Positions 30,243-41,499 are shown, counted from the stretch's first letter. The stretch: DNA of 64,000 nt from Alphaproteobacteria bacterium (GCA_016869645.1 VGDO01000005.1:6885-70884), one strand, 5' to 3'. Notes: generated by a model from the letters alone, not told the origin. Translations and numbers: made by a program.

Positions 30243-31223
30243 GTGAATCCCATCGTCACGACGGTGCTGCAGCGCGTCGGGCTCGGCGTGCTGACGCTGC
30301 TTGCCGTCTCGGTCATCATCTTCGCCATGATCGAGATGCTGCCGGGCGATTTCGCCTCGGCGATTCTCGGCCAGACCGCCACGCCGGAGACGGTCGCCGC
30401 CTTCCAGCGCTCGATCGGTCTCGACAAGCCGCCGGTCACGCGCTACTTCGAGTGGATCGGCGGGGTGCTGCAGGGCAATTTCGGCGAATCCTTCTCGAGC
30501 GCCGGCGCGCTCGGCGGCGGACATGCCAAGACCGTCGCCTCGCTGATCGGCCCGCGCCTGTCCAACACATTGTTCCTGGCGGGCTTCACGGCGCTGATCT
30601 CGGTGCCGCTGTCGCTGGCGCTCGGCCTGCTCGCCGCGCTCTACCGCAACAGCATCTTCGACCGCACGGTCAATCTGGTGACGTTGACGACGATCTCGGT
30701 GCCGGAGTTCTTCGTCGCCTACATCCTCATGCTGATCCTGGCGGTCAAGTTCCCGATCTTCTATTCGCTCGCCAATGTCTCGCCCGACACGCCGTTCTTC
30801 GAGCGCGTCGCGCGCACGGCGCTGCCCGCCATCAGCCTGATGCTGGTCATCGTCGCGCACATGATGCGCATGACGCGCGCGGCGATCATCAACCTGCTCG
30901 CCAGCCCCTATATCGAGATGGCCAAGCTGAAGGGACTGGCGCCCTCGAGCGTCATCCTGCGCCACGCGCTGCCGAACGCCTGGGCGCCGATCGGCACCGT
31001 GGTCGCGCTCAACCTCGCCTACCTGATCGTCGGCGTCGTCGTTGCCGAAGTCGTCTTCGTCTATCCCGGGATCGGCCAGCTCATGGTCGACTCGGTCGCG
31101 GCCCGCGACATTCCCGTGGTGCAGGCCTGCGCGCTGCTGTTCGCCATGGCCTATATCCTGCTCAATCTGCTAGCCGACATCGTCGGCATCGTCACCAACC
31201 CGAGACTGCTGCACCCGCGATGA
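30243..31223 (+). CDS. ABC transporter permease (DppB-like)
   Basis: GTG start. VNPIVTTVLQRVGLGVLTLLAVSVIIFAMIEMLPGDFA... is typical DppB. Confidence 0.85.
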   Translation: MNPIVTTVLQRVGLGVLTLLAVSVIIFAMIEMLPGDFASAILGQTATPETVAAFQRSIGLDKPPVTRYFEWIGGVLQGNFGESFSSAGALGGGHAKTVASLIGPRLSNTLFLAGFTALISVPLSLALGLLAALYRNSIFDRTVNLVTLTTISVPEFFVAYILMLILAVKFPIFYSLANVSPDTPFFERVARTALPAISLMLVIVAHMMRMTRAAIINLLASPYIEMAKLKGLAPSSVILRHALPNAWAPIGTVVALNLAYLIVGVVVAEVVFVYPGIGQLMVDSVAARDIPVVQACALLFAMAYILLNLLADIVGIVTNPRLLHPR

Positions 31224-32125
31224 CCGAACGCGTCGACATTGCCGGCGTCGAAGAGAGGCCCCGCCCGACCGAGCCGGCCCAGCCGGGTCCTTTCGCCACC
31301 ATGTGGCGCGTCTTCGCGCGCATGCCGCTCTCCGCCCAGTTCGGTACGGTCGTGATCCTGGCCTACGTCTTCGTCGCGGTCTTTGCCCCCTGGCTGGCGC
31401 CGTTCCGGGAATCCCAGATCGTCGGCGCGCAGTTCGAGCCGTGGAGCGCGGCATTCCCGTTCGGCACCGACCAGCTCGGCCGCGACCTTCTCACGCGTCT
31501 CATCTACGGCGCGCGCAATACCATCGGGATCGCCGTTCTGACGACCGGGCTCGCCTTTCTGATCGGCGGCCTGCTCGGCCTGCTGGCATCGGTCGTCGGC
31601 GGATGGCTCGACCAGGCGCTGTCTCGCTGCGTCGATGTGCTGATGGCAATTCCGCTGCTGATCTTCGCTCTCGTGCTCCTGTCCATCTTCGGCACGTCCG
31701 TCTTCAACCTGGTGCTGATCATCGCCGTGCTCGATTCGACGCGCGTGTTCCGACTGGCGCGCGCGACCGCCATGAACGTCGTGGTCATGGAGTTCGTCGA
31801 GACAGCGCGGTTGCAGGGCGAAAGCCTGCTGTGGATCATGACCCGCGAGGTGCTGCCCAATATCCTGCCGCCGCTGACCGCCGAGTTCGGCCTGCGTTTC
31901 TGCTTCGTCTTCCTGACCATCAGCGCGCTGTCGTTCCTCGGCCTGGGCATCCAGCCGCCGACGGCGGATTGGGGCTCGATGGTGCGCGAGAACGCCACCC
32001 TGATCGCCTATGGCGACCCGACGCCGCTGCTGCCGGCGGGTGCCATTGCGCTGCTGACCGTGGCTGTCAATTTCGTCGTCGACTGGTTCCTCCACAAGAC
32101 GAGCGGGCTCCGGGATGAAGCCTAG
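31220..32125 (+). CDS. ABC transporter permease (DppC-like)
   Basis: ATG 31220 forms an ATGA overlap with the preceding stop. The track ORF 30452.. has an over-extended N-terminus. MTERVDIAG...FGTDQLGRDLLTRLIYGAR is the DppC signature. Confidence 0.85.
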   Translation: MTERVDIAGVEERPRPTEPAQPGPFATMWRVFARMPLSAQFGTVVILAYVFVAVFAPWLAPFRESQIVGAQFEPWSAAFPFGTDQLGRDLLTRLIYGARNTIGIAVLTTGLAFLIGGLLGLLASVVGGWLDQALSRCVDVLMAIPLLIFALVLLSIFGTSVFNLVLIIAVLDSTRVFRLARATAMNVVVMEFVETARLQGESLLWIMTREVLPNILPPLTAEFGLRFCFVFLTISALSFLGLGIQPPTADWGSMVRENATLIAYGDPTPLLPAGAIALLTVAVNFVVDWFLHKTSGLRDEA

Positions 32126-33746
32126 CGCCGCGCCGCTGCTCGAGATTCGCGGTCTGCACATCCAGGGCCAGAGCGGCGAGGTCTGGCAGGACATCGTCAA
32201 GGACATCAATCTTACGCTCCGGCGCAGCGAGGTGCTGGGGTTGATCGGCGAGTCCGGTGCGGGCAAGTCAACGCTCGGTCTCGCGGCCATGGGCTATGCG
32301 CGGGCGGGATGCCGTATCCTCTCCGGCACGATCAGCTTCGACGGGCTCGACCTGATCGCCATGCCCGAGGCGGAGAAGCGGCGCCTCTGGGGCACGCGCA
32401 TCGCCTATGTCGCGCAGTCGGCTGCCGCCTCGTTCAATCCGGCGCATCGGCTGATCGACCAATACAAGGAAGTGCCTGTCTATCACGGCAAGTCGGGCGA
32501 AGCGGAGGCCGAGCGCAACGCGCACGCCGTCTTCCGCCGGCTGCATCTGCCGGAGCCCGAGCGGATCGGGCTGCGCTATCCGCACCAGGTCTCCGGCGGC
32601 CAGCTCCAGCGCGTCATGACCGCCATGGCCATGGCGTGCGGACCCGATTTGATCGTGTTCGACGAGCCGACCACGGCGCTCGATGTCACCACGCAGATCG
32701 AGGTGCTGGCGGCGATCAAGGAGCTGGTCCGCAACTCCAACATGGCCGCCATCTACATTAGCCACGATCTCGCGGTCGTGGCGCAGATGGCCGATCGCGT
32801 CATGGTTTTGCGCTACGGCAGGCTGGTCGAGGAGGCGCGGACCGGCGAGATGCTGGCCCATCCGCGTCAGCCCTACACCAAATCGCTCTGGGCGGTGCGC
32901 TCGCTCAACAAGTCGGAAGAGTCGGGCGGCGACGTGGTGCTCAGCGTGCGCGGCGTGGACGCCGCCTACTCGGGCGTGGTCAAGGTGCTGCACGACGTGA
33001 ACCTCGAGGTGCGCCGCGGCCGCACCGTCGCCGTGGTCGGCGAATCGGGATCGGGCAAGTCGACGCTGGCGCGCGTCATCACCGGCCTCCTGCCGCCGCA
33101 CAAGGGCGAGATCGTCTTCGCCGGCAAGCCGCTACCGCCGGCCCTGAGCGAGCGTCCGAAGGACATGCTCCGGCGCATCCAGATGATCTACCAGATGCCC
33201 GACATGGCGCTCAATCCGCGCCGGCGCGTGCGCGACATCCTCGGCCGCACGCTCGAGCTGCATCGCGGCCTGTCCGGCGCGGCCCGCGAAAACCGCATCG
33301 TCGAGTTGCTCGAGATGATCGAGCTCGACGCTGGCTTCTTGAACCGCCTGCCGAGCGAACTGTCGGGAGGCCAGAAGCAGCGCATCTGCATCGCCCGTGC
33401 GCTCGCGGTCGAGCCCGATCTCATCATCTGCGACGAGGTCACCTCCGCACTCGACCAGATCGTCGCCGAAGGCATCCTGAAGCTGCTGCTCCGGCTGCAG
33501 AAGGAGCTCGGCGTCTCCTATGTCTACATCACTCACGATCTGGCGACTGTGAAGGCGATCGCCGATTGGATCGTGGTCATGCAGTGGGGCAAGGTGGTGC
33601 AGCAGGGCCCGAAGGGCGAGGTTCTGACACCGCCGCACCATCCCTATACCGAGCTGCTGCTGTCCTCGGTGCCGGAAATGCGCACGGACTGGCTCGACCG
33701 GCTGTTGAATGCGCGCCGCGTAGGAGCGCAGGCGACTTCGGCCTGA
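32115..33746 (+). CDS. ABC transporter ATP-binding protein with two fused ATPase domains (GsiA-like)
   Basis: Two complete Walker A / signature / Walker B sets are present (GESGAGKST...VSGGQLQRV...[11 protein letters not shown], then GESGSGKST...LSGGQKQRI...[11 protein letters not shown]). It overlaps the permease stop by 11 nt. Confidence 0.9.
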   Translation: MKPSAAPLLEIRGLHIQGQSGEVWQDIVKDINLTLRRSEVLGLIGESGAGKSTLGLAAMGYARAGCRILSGTISFDGLDLIAMPEAEKRRLWGTRIAYVAQSAAASFNPAHRLIDQYKEVPVYHGKSGEAEAERNAHAVFRRLHLPEPERIGLRYPHQVSGGQLQRVMTAMAMACGPDLIVFDEPTTALDVTTQIEVLAAIKELVRNSNMAAIYISHDLAVVAQMADRVMVLRYGRLVEEARTGEMLAHPRQPYTKSLWAVRSLNKSEESGGDVVLSVRGVDAAYSGVVKVLHDVNLEVRRGRTVAVVGESGSGKSTLARVITGLLPPHKGEIVFAGKPLPPALSERPKDMLRRIQMIYQMPDMALNPRRRVRDILGRTLELHRGLSGAARENRIVELLEMIELDAGFLNRLPSELSGGQKQRICIARALAVEPDLIICDEVTSALDQIVAEGILKLLLRLQKELGVSYVYITHDLATVKAIADWIVVMQWGKVVQQGPKGEVLTPPHHPYTELLLSSVPEMRTDWLDRLLNARRVGAQATSA

Positions 33747-33904
33747 CGGAAACGCGCTATCGCCCATTAATGCCAGCGGGCATCCGTCATCCGGTGTGAG
33801 CCCGGTTTCGGGGAAGACCTTGCGGCGCCGGAACCGGTACGATCTTATGAACGCCTGATCGCAGCGCGGATATCCGCCAACTCGAGAAACCGAGCCATCC
33901 CGGC

Positions 33905-34633
33905 ATGACCGGCAACGCATCGCTGATCGACTACCTGCCGTTCCTGCTGCAGGGCATCCCGGTCACCCTCGAGGTGACGTTCTACGCCATGCTGCTGGCC
34001 ATGCCGGTTTCGGTCATCCTCGCGCTGGGCAGGGGCTCGCAGTGGCGCGCGGCGCGCTGGAGCGCCGGCTTCGTCATCGAGACTTTCCGCGGCACCTCGG
34101 CACTGATCCAGCTGTTCTGGGCGTTCTATGTGCTGCCTTTCTTCGGCATCAACCTGCCGCCGCTCGCGGCCGGCGTGCTCGTGCTCGGGCTCAACGAGGG
34201 CAGCTATTTCTCCGAAGTCGTGCGCGGCGCGCTCGGCTCGATCATGGCCGGCCAGCGCGAGGCCGCGATCGCGCTTCACCTGCCGCGGCGATATCGTTTC
34301 TTCCGGATCATGCTGCCGCAGGCGCTGCCGATCATGATCCCGCCCTTCGGCAACGCGCTGGTCGGCATGCTCAAATTCTCCGCACTGGTGTCGCTGGTCA
34401 CGATCCAGGACCTGTCGTTCCGCGCCGGGCTGATCCGCACGTCGCTTGGCGAAAGCGGGCCGATCTTCGCCATCACGCTGGTTCTGTATTTCATCATGGC
34501 CGTGATGGCGGCCTTCCTGGTCAAGCTGCTCGAGCGCTGGGTCAACCGCCGCGCCGGTCGCGAGGTCGGGCCGCTGTTCGCCAGCCAGCGGGCGATGACG
34601 ACGATTCCTGCCTGGGCCCTCGGGGCGAAGTGA
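33905..34633 (+). CDS. Polar amino-acid ABC transporter permease (His/Glu/Gln/Arg/opine family)
   Basis: The HisM/HisQ-type EAA loop is present (GALGSIMAGQREAAIALHLPRRYRFFRIMLPQALP). Confidence 0.85.
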   Translation: MTGNASLIDYLPFLLQGIPVTLEVTFYAMLLAMPVSVILALGRGSQWRAARWSAGFVIETFRGTSALIQLFWAFYVLPFFGINLPPLAAGVLVLGLNEGSYFSEVVRGALGSIMAGQREAAIALHLPRRYRFFRIMLPQALPIMIPPFGNALVGMLKFSALVSLVTIQDLSFRAGLIRTSLGESGPIFAITLVLYFIMAVMAAFLVKLLERWVNRRAGREVGPLFASQRAMTTIPAWALGAK

Positions 34634-34647
34634 AGGGAGCCGGATAG

Positions 34648-35313
34648 ATGGGCGGCTTCAGCTGGAATTGGCAATACGCGATCGCCTGCATTCCCCAGCT
34701 CATCGAGGGACTGCAGCTGACCATCGCGCTGACCTTCCTCGGCTCGATCCTGGCCTTCGTGCTGGGCCTCGTTTGGATGCTGCTGCGTCTTGCCAACGTG
34801 CCCATTCTCAGCCCGCTCGCCGCCCTCTTTGTCGAGTTCGTGCGCGGCACGCCGTTCCTGGTACAGGTCTATTTCCTGTTCTACGTCACGCCGGGACTGG
34901 GCATCACGTTTTCGGCTTTCATGACCGGCGTCATCGCGCTGGCGCTCTTCAACAGCGCCTTCATTGCCGAGGTCTATCGCGCCGGCATCGAGGGCATCCA
35001 CAAGGGGCAGTGGGAGGCGTCACTGACGCTGGGCCTGCCGGTCCGGCGGGTGTGGACGCACATCATCCTGCCCCAGGCGCTGCGCATCATCATTCCCATG
35101 CTGGGCAACTACGTCATCGTGATGTTCAAGGAAACGGCTGTGCTCTCGACCATTACGGTGATGGAGCTGCTCGCCCAAGCGATGGATGCCGGGTTCCTGC
35201 GCTTCCGCTTCGTCGAGCCGCTGACCATGGCGGCCGGCTTCTATTTCATCATCAGCTACGCTTCGGCGCGCGGCGTGCGCCTGCTCGAGGCGCGCAACGC
35301 AGCGCGCGCCTGA
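34648..35313 (+). CDS. Polar amino-acid ABC transporter permease (second subunit)
   Basis: ...FIAEVYRAGIEGIHKGQWEASLTLGLPVRRVWTHIILPQALRIIIPMLGN matches the same family. Confidence 0.85.
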   Translation: MGGFSWNWQYAIACIPQLIEGLQLTIALTFLGSILAFVLGLVWMLLRLANVPILSPLAALFVEFVRGTPFLVQVYFLFYVTPGLGITFSAFMTGVIALALFNSAFIAEVYRAGIEGIHKGQWEASLTLGLPVRRVWTHIILPQALRIIIPMLGNYVIVMFKETAVLSTITVMELLAQAMDAGFLRFRFVEPLTMAAGFYFIISYASARGVRLLEARNAARA

Positions 35314-35331
35314 GCCGTTCGAGGAAGTCAC

Positions 35332-36471
35332 ATGAAGTTCGGCTATGTCTACAACCCCGTCCGCTTGAAGACCAAGGCGCCCTACAGCGAGATCATCGCC
35401 GACATCCGGCGCACGGCCGAGGAGTGCGAGGCGACCGGCTTCCATGCCTTCTGGTTCGCCGAGCACCATTTCGGCTTCTGGGGCCGCACGCCGCTGCCCA
35501 ATCCGATCGTCATGGGCGCCGACATCGCGGCGCGCACCAAACGGATCCGCATCGGCTTCGCCGCGCTGATCATCCCGTTCTGGAACCCGATCCGGCTCGC
35601 CGAGGACGTGGCGCTGCTCGACCAGCTCTGCGACGGCCGTCTCGAGGTCGGCGTCGGGCGCGGCAATTATCCGGTCGAGGCGCTCAATCTCAATGCGCCG
35701 GCCGACCCGCGCAACCAGGAGGGCAACTACAAGGTCTTCGAGGAGACGCTGGAGATCATGAAGCGCGCTCTGTCGCAGCGCTATTTCTCCTTCGAGGGCG
35801 AGACATACGAGTACCCCGCCAAGGGCTGCACCTGGGATCGTCCGACCAGCGGCGATTCATCGGAGTTCATGAACCCGGAGACCAAGGAGTTCACCAAGCT
35901 CTCGATCATGCCCCGGCCGATCCAGACGCCGCATCCGCCGCTCTGGCAGGTCGTCGACAGCCCGAAGTCGATCGAGTTCTCCGCCCGAAACGATCTCAAA
36001 TTCATCATGTGGCGCCCGACGGCAAAGAGCCTCGCCGCACACTATCGCCACTATGCGGAGACGGCGCGCGCGGCGGGCAAGACGCAGCCGGCCGCGCCCG
36101 GCCCCAGCATCCTGCGCGACACCTTCATCGCCGGCTCCATGGCGGAGGCGCGCGACATCGCCGGCGAGCACGTCATGCGCCACCTCAACTTCTCGAACTG
36201 GCGCGGGCCGCACATCTACACCAATCCGGGCGAGGTGCTGCCGCCCGAGCAGGAGGCGGCGCTGCGCAAGGGCCTGACCTACGACTGGGTGCACGAGCGC
36301 AGCCTGCTGTTCGGCGACCCCGCCTTCGTCGTCGACAAGCTGCAGGAGCTGCGCGACGTCGCCAACATCGACAACGTCATCATCTCCTGCTCGTGGGGCG
36401 AGCTCGACCCGGAGCTCAGCCGGAAGAGCACGCGGCTGTTCGCCGAGAAGGTGCTGCCGAAATTCGCCTAA
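35332..36471 (+). CDS. LLM-class (luciferase-like) flavin-dependent oxidoreductase
   Basis: MKFGYVYNP...FHAFWFAEHHFGFWGRTPLPN...LEVGVGRGNYPVE is the bacterial luciferase-like monooxygenase fold. Confidence 0.85.
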   Translation: MKFGYVYNPVRLKTKAPYSEIIADIRRTAEECEATGFHAFWFAEHHFGFWGRTPLPNPIVMGADIAARTKRIRIGFAALIIPFWNPIRLAEDVALLDQLCDGRLEVGVGRGNYPVEALNLNAPADPRNQEGNYKVFEETLEIMKRALSQRYFSFEGETYEYPAKGCTWDRPTSGDSSEFMNPETKEFTKLSIMPRPIQTPHPPLWQVVDSPKSIEFSARNDLKFIMWRPTAKSLAAHYRHYAETARAAGKTQPAAPGPSILRDTFIAGSMAEARDIAGEHVMRHLNFSNWRGPHIYTNPGEVLPPEQEAALRKGLTYDWVHERSLLFGDPAFVVDKLQELRDVANIDNVIISCSWGELDPELSRKSTRLFAEKVLPKFA

Positions 36472-36480
36472 ATCGCGACC

Positions 36481-37356
36481 TCAGGTCACGGCTTCCGCGC
36501 AGTATTTCTCGGCGGTGCCGTCCATCACCTCGGGCGGCATCTCGAACGTGTTGCGCTCGCTGACCTTGGCGAATTCGCCTGACTTCTTCATGGCGACGAG
36601 CTCCTTGCGGAACGCGTCATAGAGATCCGTGTCCTGGTGGCGGAACACCGGGCCGGAGCCCTTGGGCGGGTTGTCGGGAATCGGGTAGACGATGCCGATC
36701 GGGAGATTCCGGCCCTTCAACACGGCTTTCAACCCGGCGAGGCTGCCCAGCACGATCTGGATGCGGCCTGCCTGCATGCCCTCGATCAGCGCGGGATCGT
36801 TCGGGAACTGCTTCAGGTTGGCCGGCTGGACGCCCTTGGCGATGGTCAGCTGGGAGTGCGCGCCGCCGGTCAGCACGCCGACGGTGAGGTTCATCTGCGC
36901 CAGCTCGGTCATGGTCTTGGGCGGAATGGCCATGCGATCCTTCATATAGAGGAAGGATCCGCCGTCGATCACGATCGGGTCCATGAAGCGCACCTGCTCG
37001 CAGCGCAGCTTGGTGATGGTCAGGCATGCGCCGACGAAATCCCAGCGCCGTGCCTGCATGCCCGGGATCAGCTCGCCATAGGCGGCAATGGTGCCCTCGA
37101 CCTTGGGCACGCCCAGGCGGCCCATGATGATCTTGACGACGTCGGGCGCGATGCCGGTGATGCTGCCGTCGGGATTCATGCCGCTATAGGGCGGCTGGTT
37201 GGCGAGGCCGATCTTGACCGACTTCGCCGCCTGAAGCTGGGCGAGCAGTCCAGCGCCGCCCGAGCTCGCCTGCGCCCACACGCGATGGCCCGGCAGCACC
37301 AAGCCGCCAACGGCGAGCGATCGGATCAGCGTGCGCCGGCTCAGTCCTTTCGTCAT
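36481..37356 (-). CDS. Amino-acid ABC transporter substrate-binding protein (family 3)
   Basis: Start re-called at ATG 37356 (GGAGGA RBS 7 nt upstream), giving MTKGLSRRTLIRSLAVGGLVL. SBP_bac_3 body. Confidence 0.85.
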   Translation of the reverse strand: MTKGLSRRTLIRSLAVGGLVLPGHRVWAQASSGGAGLLAQLQAAKSVKIGLANQPPYSGMNPDGSITGIAPDVVKIIMGRLGVPKVEGTIAAYGELIPGMQARRWDFVGACLTITKLRCEQVRFMDPIVIDGGSFLYMKDRMAIPPKTMTELAQMNLTVGVLTGGAHSQLTIAKGVQPANLKQFPNDPALIEGMQAGRIQIVLGSLAGLKAVLKGRNLPIGIVYPIPDNPPKGSGPVFRHQDTDLYDAFRKELVAMKKSGEFAKVSERNTFEMPPEVMDGTAEKYCAEAVT

Positions 37357-37488
37357 GTCGATCCTCCCCAAGAATTGCCGTTTGGCAAGCCAGGGAATGA
37401 GAAGGCGGCCGGAGAAGGCTGTCAAGAAACGGCGCAACGTCTCGGTAGCGGTCGGTGAATTGCAAGACGATACATGCGCGGGTGACCC

Positions 37489-37586
37489 CTTGCGGAGCGG
37501 CCACGCTCGACCCATCTCTTCACCGCCGGGCGCTGCCTCGCGGGCCCGGCCCTGAGTTGCCTCGCTTCCAGAGAAGGAGGATGAAG
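37489..37586 (+). promoter_or_regulatory. Candidate sigma32-type heat-shock promoter plus an SD-masking 5'-UTR hairpin (ROSE-like RNA thermometer) upstream of hsp20
   Basis: CTTGCGG-N16-CCCATCTC at 37489-37518 resembles CTTGAAA-N13-16-CCCCATNT. In the UTR, CUUCC (37566-37570) can pair with the SD GGAGG (37576-37580). A 7-bp stem gccgggc/gcccggc lies upstream. Confidence 0.3.
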
Positions 37587-38108
37587 ATGTTGGCACTACG
37601 ACTCCGTCCGTTCCGGCCCGGCCTCGTGGATTTCGGATTGCTGGACGGACTGCTTCGCGATTTCGACCGCCTTGGCGTGCCATTCGCTGCGCCGTCCTAT
37701 GATCTGATCAAACTGGGCAAAGACGACTATCGGCTGACCGTGCCGGTCGACGGCTACGCGGCGTCCGATCTCGAACTGTCGGTCGACGACACCACGCTGA
37801 CGATCAGCGGCAAGGCGCCGCAGACGGGGGTCGATGGCACCTACCTGCACCGCGGCATTGCTGCCGGTTCCTTCGTCCGCAGGTTTGCGCTTGCCGACCA
37901 AGTCGAGGTGACCGGCGCAAGTCTGGACAAGGGCCTGCTGATCGTCGACTTTGTCCGGCGGCTGCCGGCGGCTGCCGAGCCGCGTCGCATCCCGATCGGG
38001 TCCGCTGCGCCGAAATCCGCGGCAACGCCGATCGCGGCCAAGGCGCTCGATGTCATCGGATCGGTTCGCCGCAGCTTGACGGACTTCCTGTCGAGCCTGC
38101 GTCGCTGA
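37587..38108 (+). CDS. Hsp20/alpha-crystallin family small heat-shock protein (IbpA-like)
   Basis: AAGGAGG sits 6 nt upstream of ATG 37587. ...YDLIKLGKDDYRLTVPVDGYAASDLELSV...YLHRGIAAGSFVRRFALADQVEVTGASLDKGLLIVDF is an alpha-crystallin domain. Confidence 0.85.
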   Translation: MLALRLRPFRPGLVDFGLLDGLLRDFDRLGVPFAAPSYDLIKLGKDDYRLTVPVDGYAASDLELSVDDTTLTISGKAPQTGVDGTYLHRGIAAGSFVRRFALADQVEVTGASLDKGLLIVDFVRRLPAAAEPRRIPIGSAAPKSAATPIAAKALDVIGSVRRSLTDFLSSLRR

Positions 38109-38167
38109 GCCTCGCCGGTGACAGCCCGCCGCCGAGCCGATAAGGTCGGCGCGGCGGAGGGCGGCGC

Positions 38168-39289
<1,122 letters not shown>

Positions 39290-39311
39290 CGACGGGGGCG
39301 AGGGGTCAGCC

Positions 39312-40508
39312 GTGAAGATCGCCTTCATCGATGCCAACCCTGCGCAGACTTATGATGCGGAGACGCCGCTGCACGTGCCGATGTCGGGGTCGGAGGCGGC
39401 CATGTGCCATCTCGCGTCTGCCGTGGCCGCGCGCGGCCATGCGGTGTCGCTGTTGACCGGTCGCGAAGACGCACGCATGGCGCGTGGCGTCCGCTGTTCC
39501 GGCCTCGCCTCGGCCATGTCCGAGCTCGCCAGCTACGACGTTCTCGTCGTACTCAGCTCGCAGGTGGCGCTCGATGCGATCCGCGCCGCCGCGGGGCGGG
39601 AGGTGCCGCTTGTGGTCTGGGAACAGTCGATGGTGACGCCGGCCACCACCGAGCGCTTCTACCGGAGCGGCCGCGCCAGGTTCGATGCCGTCGCCTTCGT
39701 CTCGAACTGGCAGCGCGAGCAGCGCCTCGCCGATTTCGGCGTCGAGCGCGAGCGCACAGCGGTGCTGGGCAATGCCATCGGCCCGCGCTTCGAGCGCCTG
39801 TTCGCCCCAGGCGAGTCCGTGCTGGCGCGCAAGGTGCGGCCGTTCGAGCTGATCTTCACGAGCTCGCCGCCCAAGGGGCTGCGCTTTCTGGTCAAGGTGT
39901 TTCCGCGGCTGCGGCGGCTTCGCCCCGATGCCATGATCGCGGTCTATTCAAGCCTGTCCGCCGGACCGGCCAACAGCGTGTTCCGCGACGCGGACTGGCA
40001 GGAAGTCTACGATGCCTGTCGTAACACGCCGGGCATGAACTACAGCGCTTGGATCGAGCCGGCGCGCCTCGTGGACGCGCTGGTTCGCGCGCTTGCGCTC
40101 TACTATCCCAATACCGAAGCGGAAACCTCGAGCATCTGCACGATGGAAGCGATGGCGGCGGGCTGCGTCATCGTGGTGCCGGCACTCGGCGCCTTGCCCG
40201 AGACGCTGGCCGGCTATGGCAGCCGTGTCGCGATCCGGAAGCCGCCCGAGGAGGGCAGGTTCAACGTCATGGGAAGTCTCAACATCGGCGAGTTTGCAGA
40301 GGCCGGCGCGCGCGTCCTGCGCGTCGCCGAGACGCGCGGCGACGAGCTTGATGCCCATCTGCGCCGCCAGGTCGATTACGTCAACGCCAGGTATGTTTGG
40401 TCGCAGCGCGCCGTCGAATGGGAGGAGGCGCTGGCGCGCTGGTTCGGATCGTCCGCGCCCGGCGCCGCGCCGCCCGACCGGAAGCCGGCGATCAGCTCGA
40501 CTGCCTGA
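39312..40508 (+). CDS. Glycosyltransferase, GT4-like (group 1)
   Basis: GTG start with GAGGGG upstream. The N-terminus (KIAFIDANP...GSEAAMCHLASAVAARGHAV) and the C-terminal E-x7-E region (ETSSICTMEAMAAGCVIVVPALGALPE) both fit. Confidence 0.7.
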   Translation: MKIAFIDANPAQTYDAETPLHVPMSGSEAAMCHLASAVAARGHAVSLLTGREDARMARGVRCSGLASAMSELASYDVLVVLSSQVALDAIRAAAGREVPLVVWEQSMVTPATTERFYRSGRARFDAVAFVSNWQREQRLADFGVERERTAVLGNAIGPRFERLFAPGESVLARKVRPFELIFTSSPPKGLRFLVKVFPRLRRLRPDAMIAVYSSLSAGPANSVFRDADWQEVYDACRNTPGMNYSAWIEPARLVDALVRALALYYPNTEAETSSICTMEAMAAGCVIVVPALGALPETLAGYGSRVAIRKPPEEGRFNVMGSLNIGEFAEAGARVLRVAETRGDELDAHLRRQVDYVNARYVWSQRAVEWEEALARWFGSSAPGAAPPDRKPAISSTA

Positions 40509-41499
40509 GCACCAGCTTCAGCTCGACCGACGATCTGAGCGGAATGTCGCGGCCGTCCTCGATCGCCTGGAACAGGCCGCGCACGTGCTCGCCCAGCGCC
40601 TCGGGATTGCCGGCGATGGTCGAGAGGGCGGGTCGCACATGGGCGCCCCAGCTGACGCCGCCGAAGCCGATGATGGCGATATCATCCGGCACGCGCAGAT
40701 CGCGGTCGAGAGCGGCTGCCATGGCGCCGAGCGCGAGCTCGTCGCTGGCCGCCATCACGCTGCGCACCCGAACGCCGCGCTCCAGCGCTTCGCTCATCTC
40801 GGCATAACCCGCCTCGTAGCGGTAGCGGTTCTGCGATTCCCAGACCAGGCTCTCGTCGACGGCGATACCGGCGCGTTGCAGCGCCTGGCGATAGCCCTGG
40901 AAGCGTGCGCGGCCGGCTGCTGACGTCTTGATGCGGCCGAGATAGGCGACCGGCCCCCGCTTGCTCTCCAGGAGATAGTCGACGGCACGGCTGACGCCGG
41001 CCGTGTCGTCATGGGCGACCGAGGGTATGCCGGCGCGTTCGAGCCGCTGGCCAATCGAGATAACGGGTATGCCGCCAGCGACCAGCCCCTGGATGGTCGG
41101 CTTCAGTTCGCGGATCGGAATGACGTCGCTCGACGCGATGCAGATGCCGCGCAAGCGGAGCGCCGCGGCGCGTTCAAGCAGTCCGCGCAACCGGTCCTGA
41201 CGGTGGCCGAGGTTGAACAGCAGGAGTTCGAGCCCGATCGCTTCGAGCGCTGCCTGGATGTGCTTGGTCAGCGCCGAATAGACGCTCTGCTCGATGTCGC
41301 CGACGAGCAGCGCCACCGAACGCCCGCGCCCCATGCGCAGGCCCTGAGCCATGGGATTGGGCTGGTAGCCGAGCGCCTCGACCGCTTCGAGCACGCGTGA
41401 TCGCGTCCCGGGGCTGACGATGTCCGGACTGAGCAGCACGCGCGACACGGTGGTCGGCGACACGCCGGCACGCTGCGCAACGTCGACCACCGTCACCAT
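40492..41499 (-). CDS. LacI family transcriptional regulator
   Basis: The N-terminal HTH (MVTVVDVAQRAGVSPTTVSRVL) is followed by a periplasmic-binding-like sugar-binding domain. Confidence 0.9.
   Translation of the reverse strand: MVTVVDVAQRAGVSPTTVSRVLLSPDIVSPGTRSRVLEAVEALGYQPNPMAQGLRMGRGRSVALLVGDIEQSVYSALTKHIQAALEAIGLELLLFNLGHRQDRLRGLLERAAALRLRGICIASSDVIPIRELKPTIQGLVAGGIPVISIGQRLERAGIPSVAHDDTAGVSRAVDYLLESKRGPVAYLGRIKTSAAGRARFQGYRQALQRAGIAVDESLVWESQNRYRYEAGYAEMSEALERGVRVRSVMAASDELALGAMAAALDRDLRVPDDIAIIGFGGVSWGAHVRPALSTIAGNPEALGEHVRGLFQAIEDGRDIPLRSSVELKLVLRQSS

Noticed and set aside
28512-30965. 817-aa ORF on the - strand
   Set aside because: It is antisense to the SBP pseudogene and the permease. 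It has no homology. It is a high-GC open frame.
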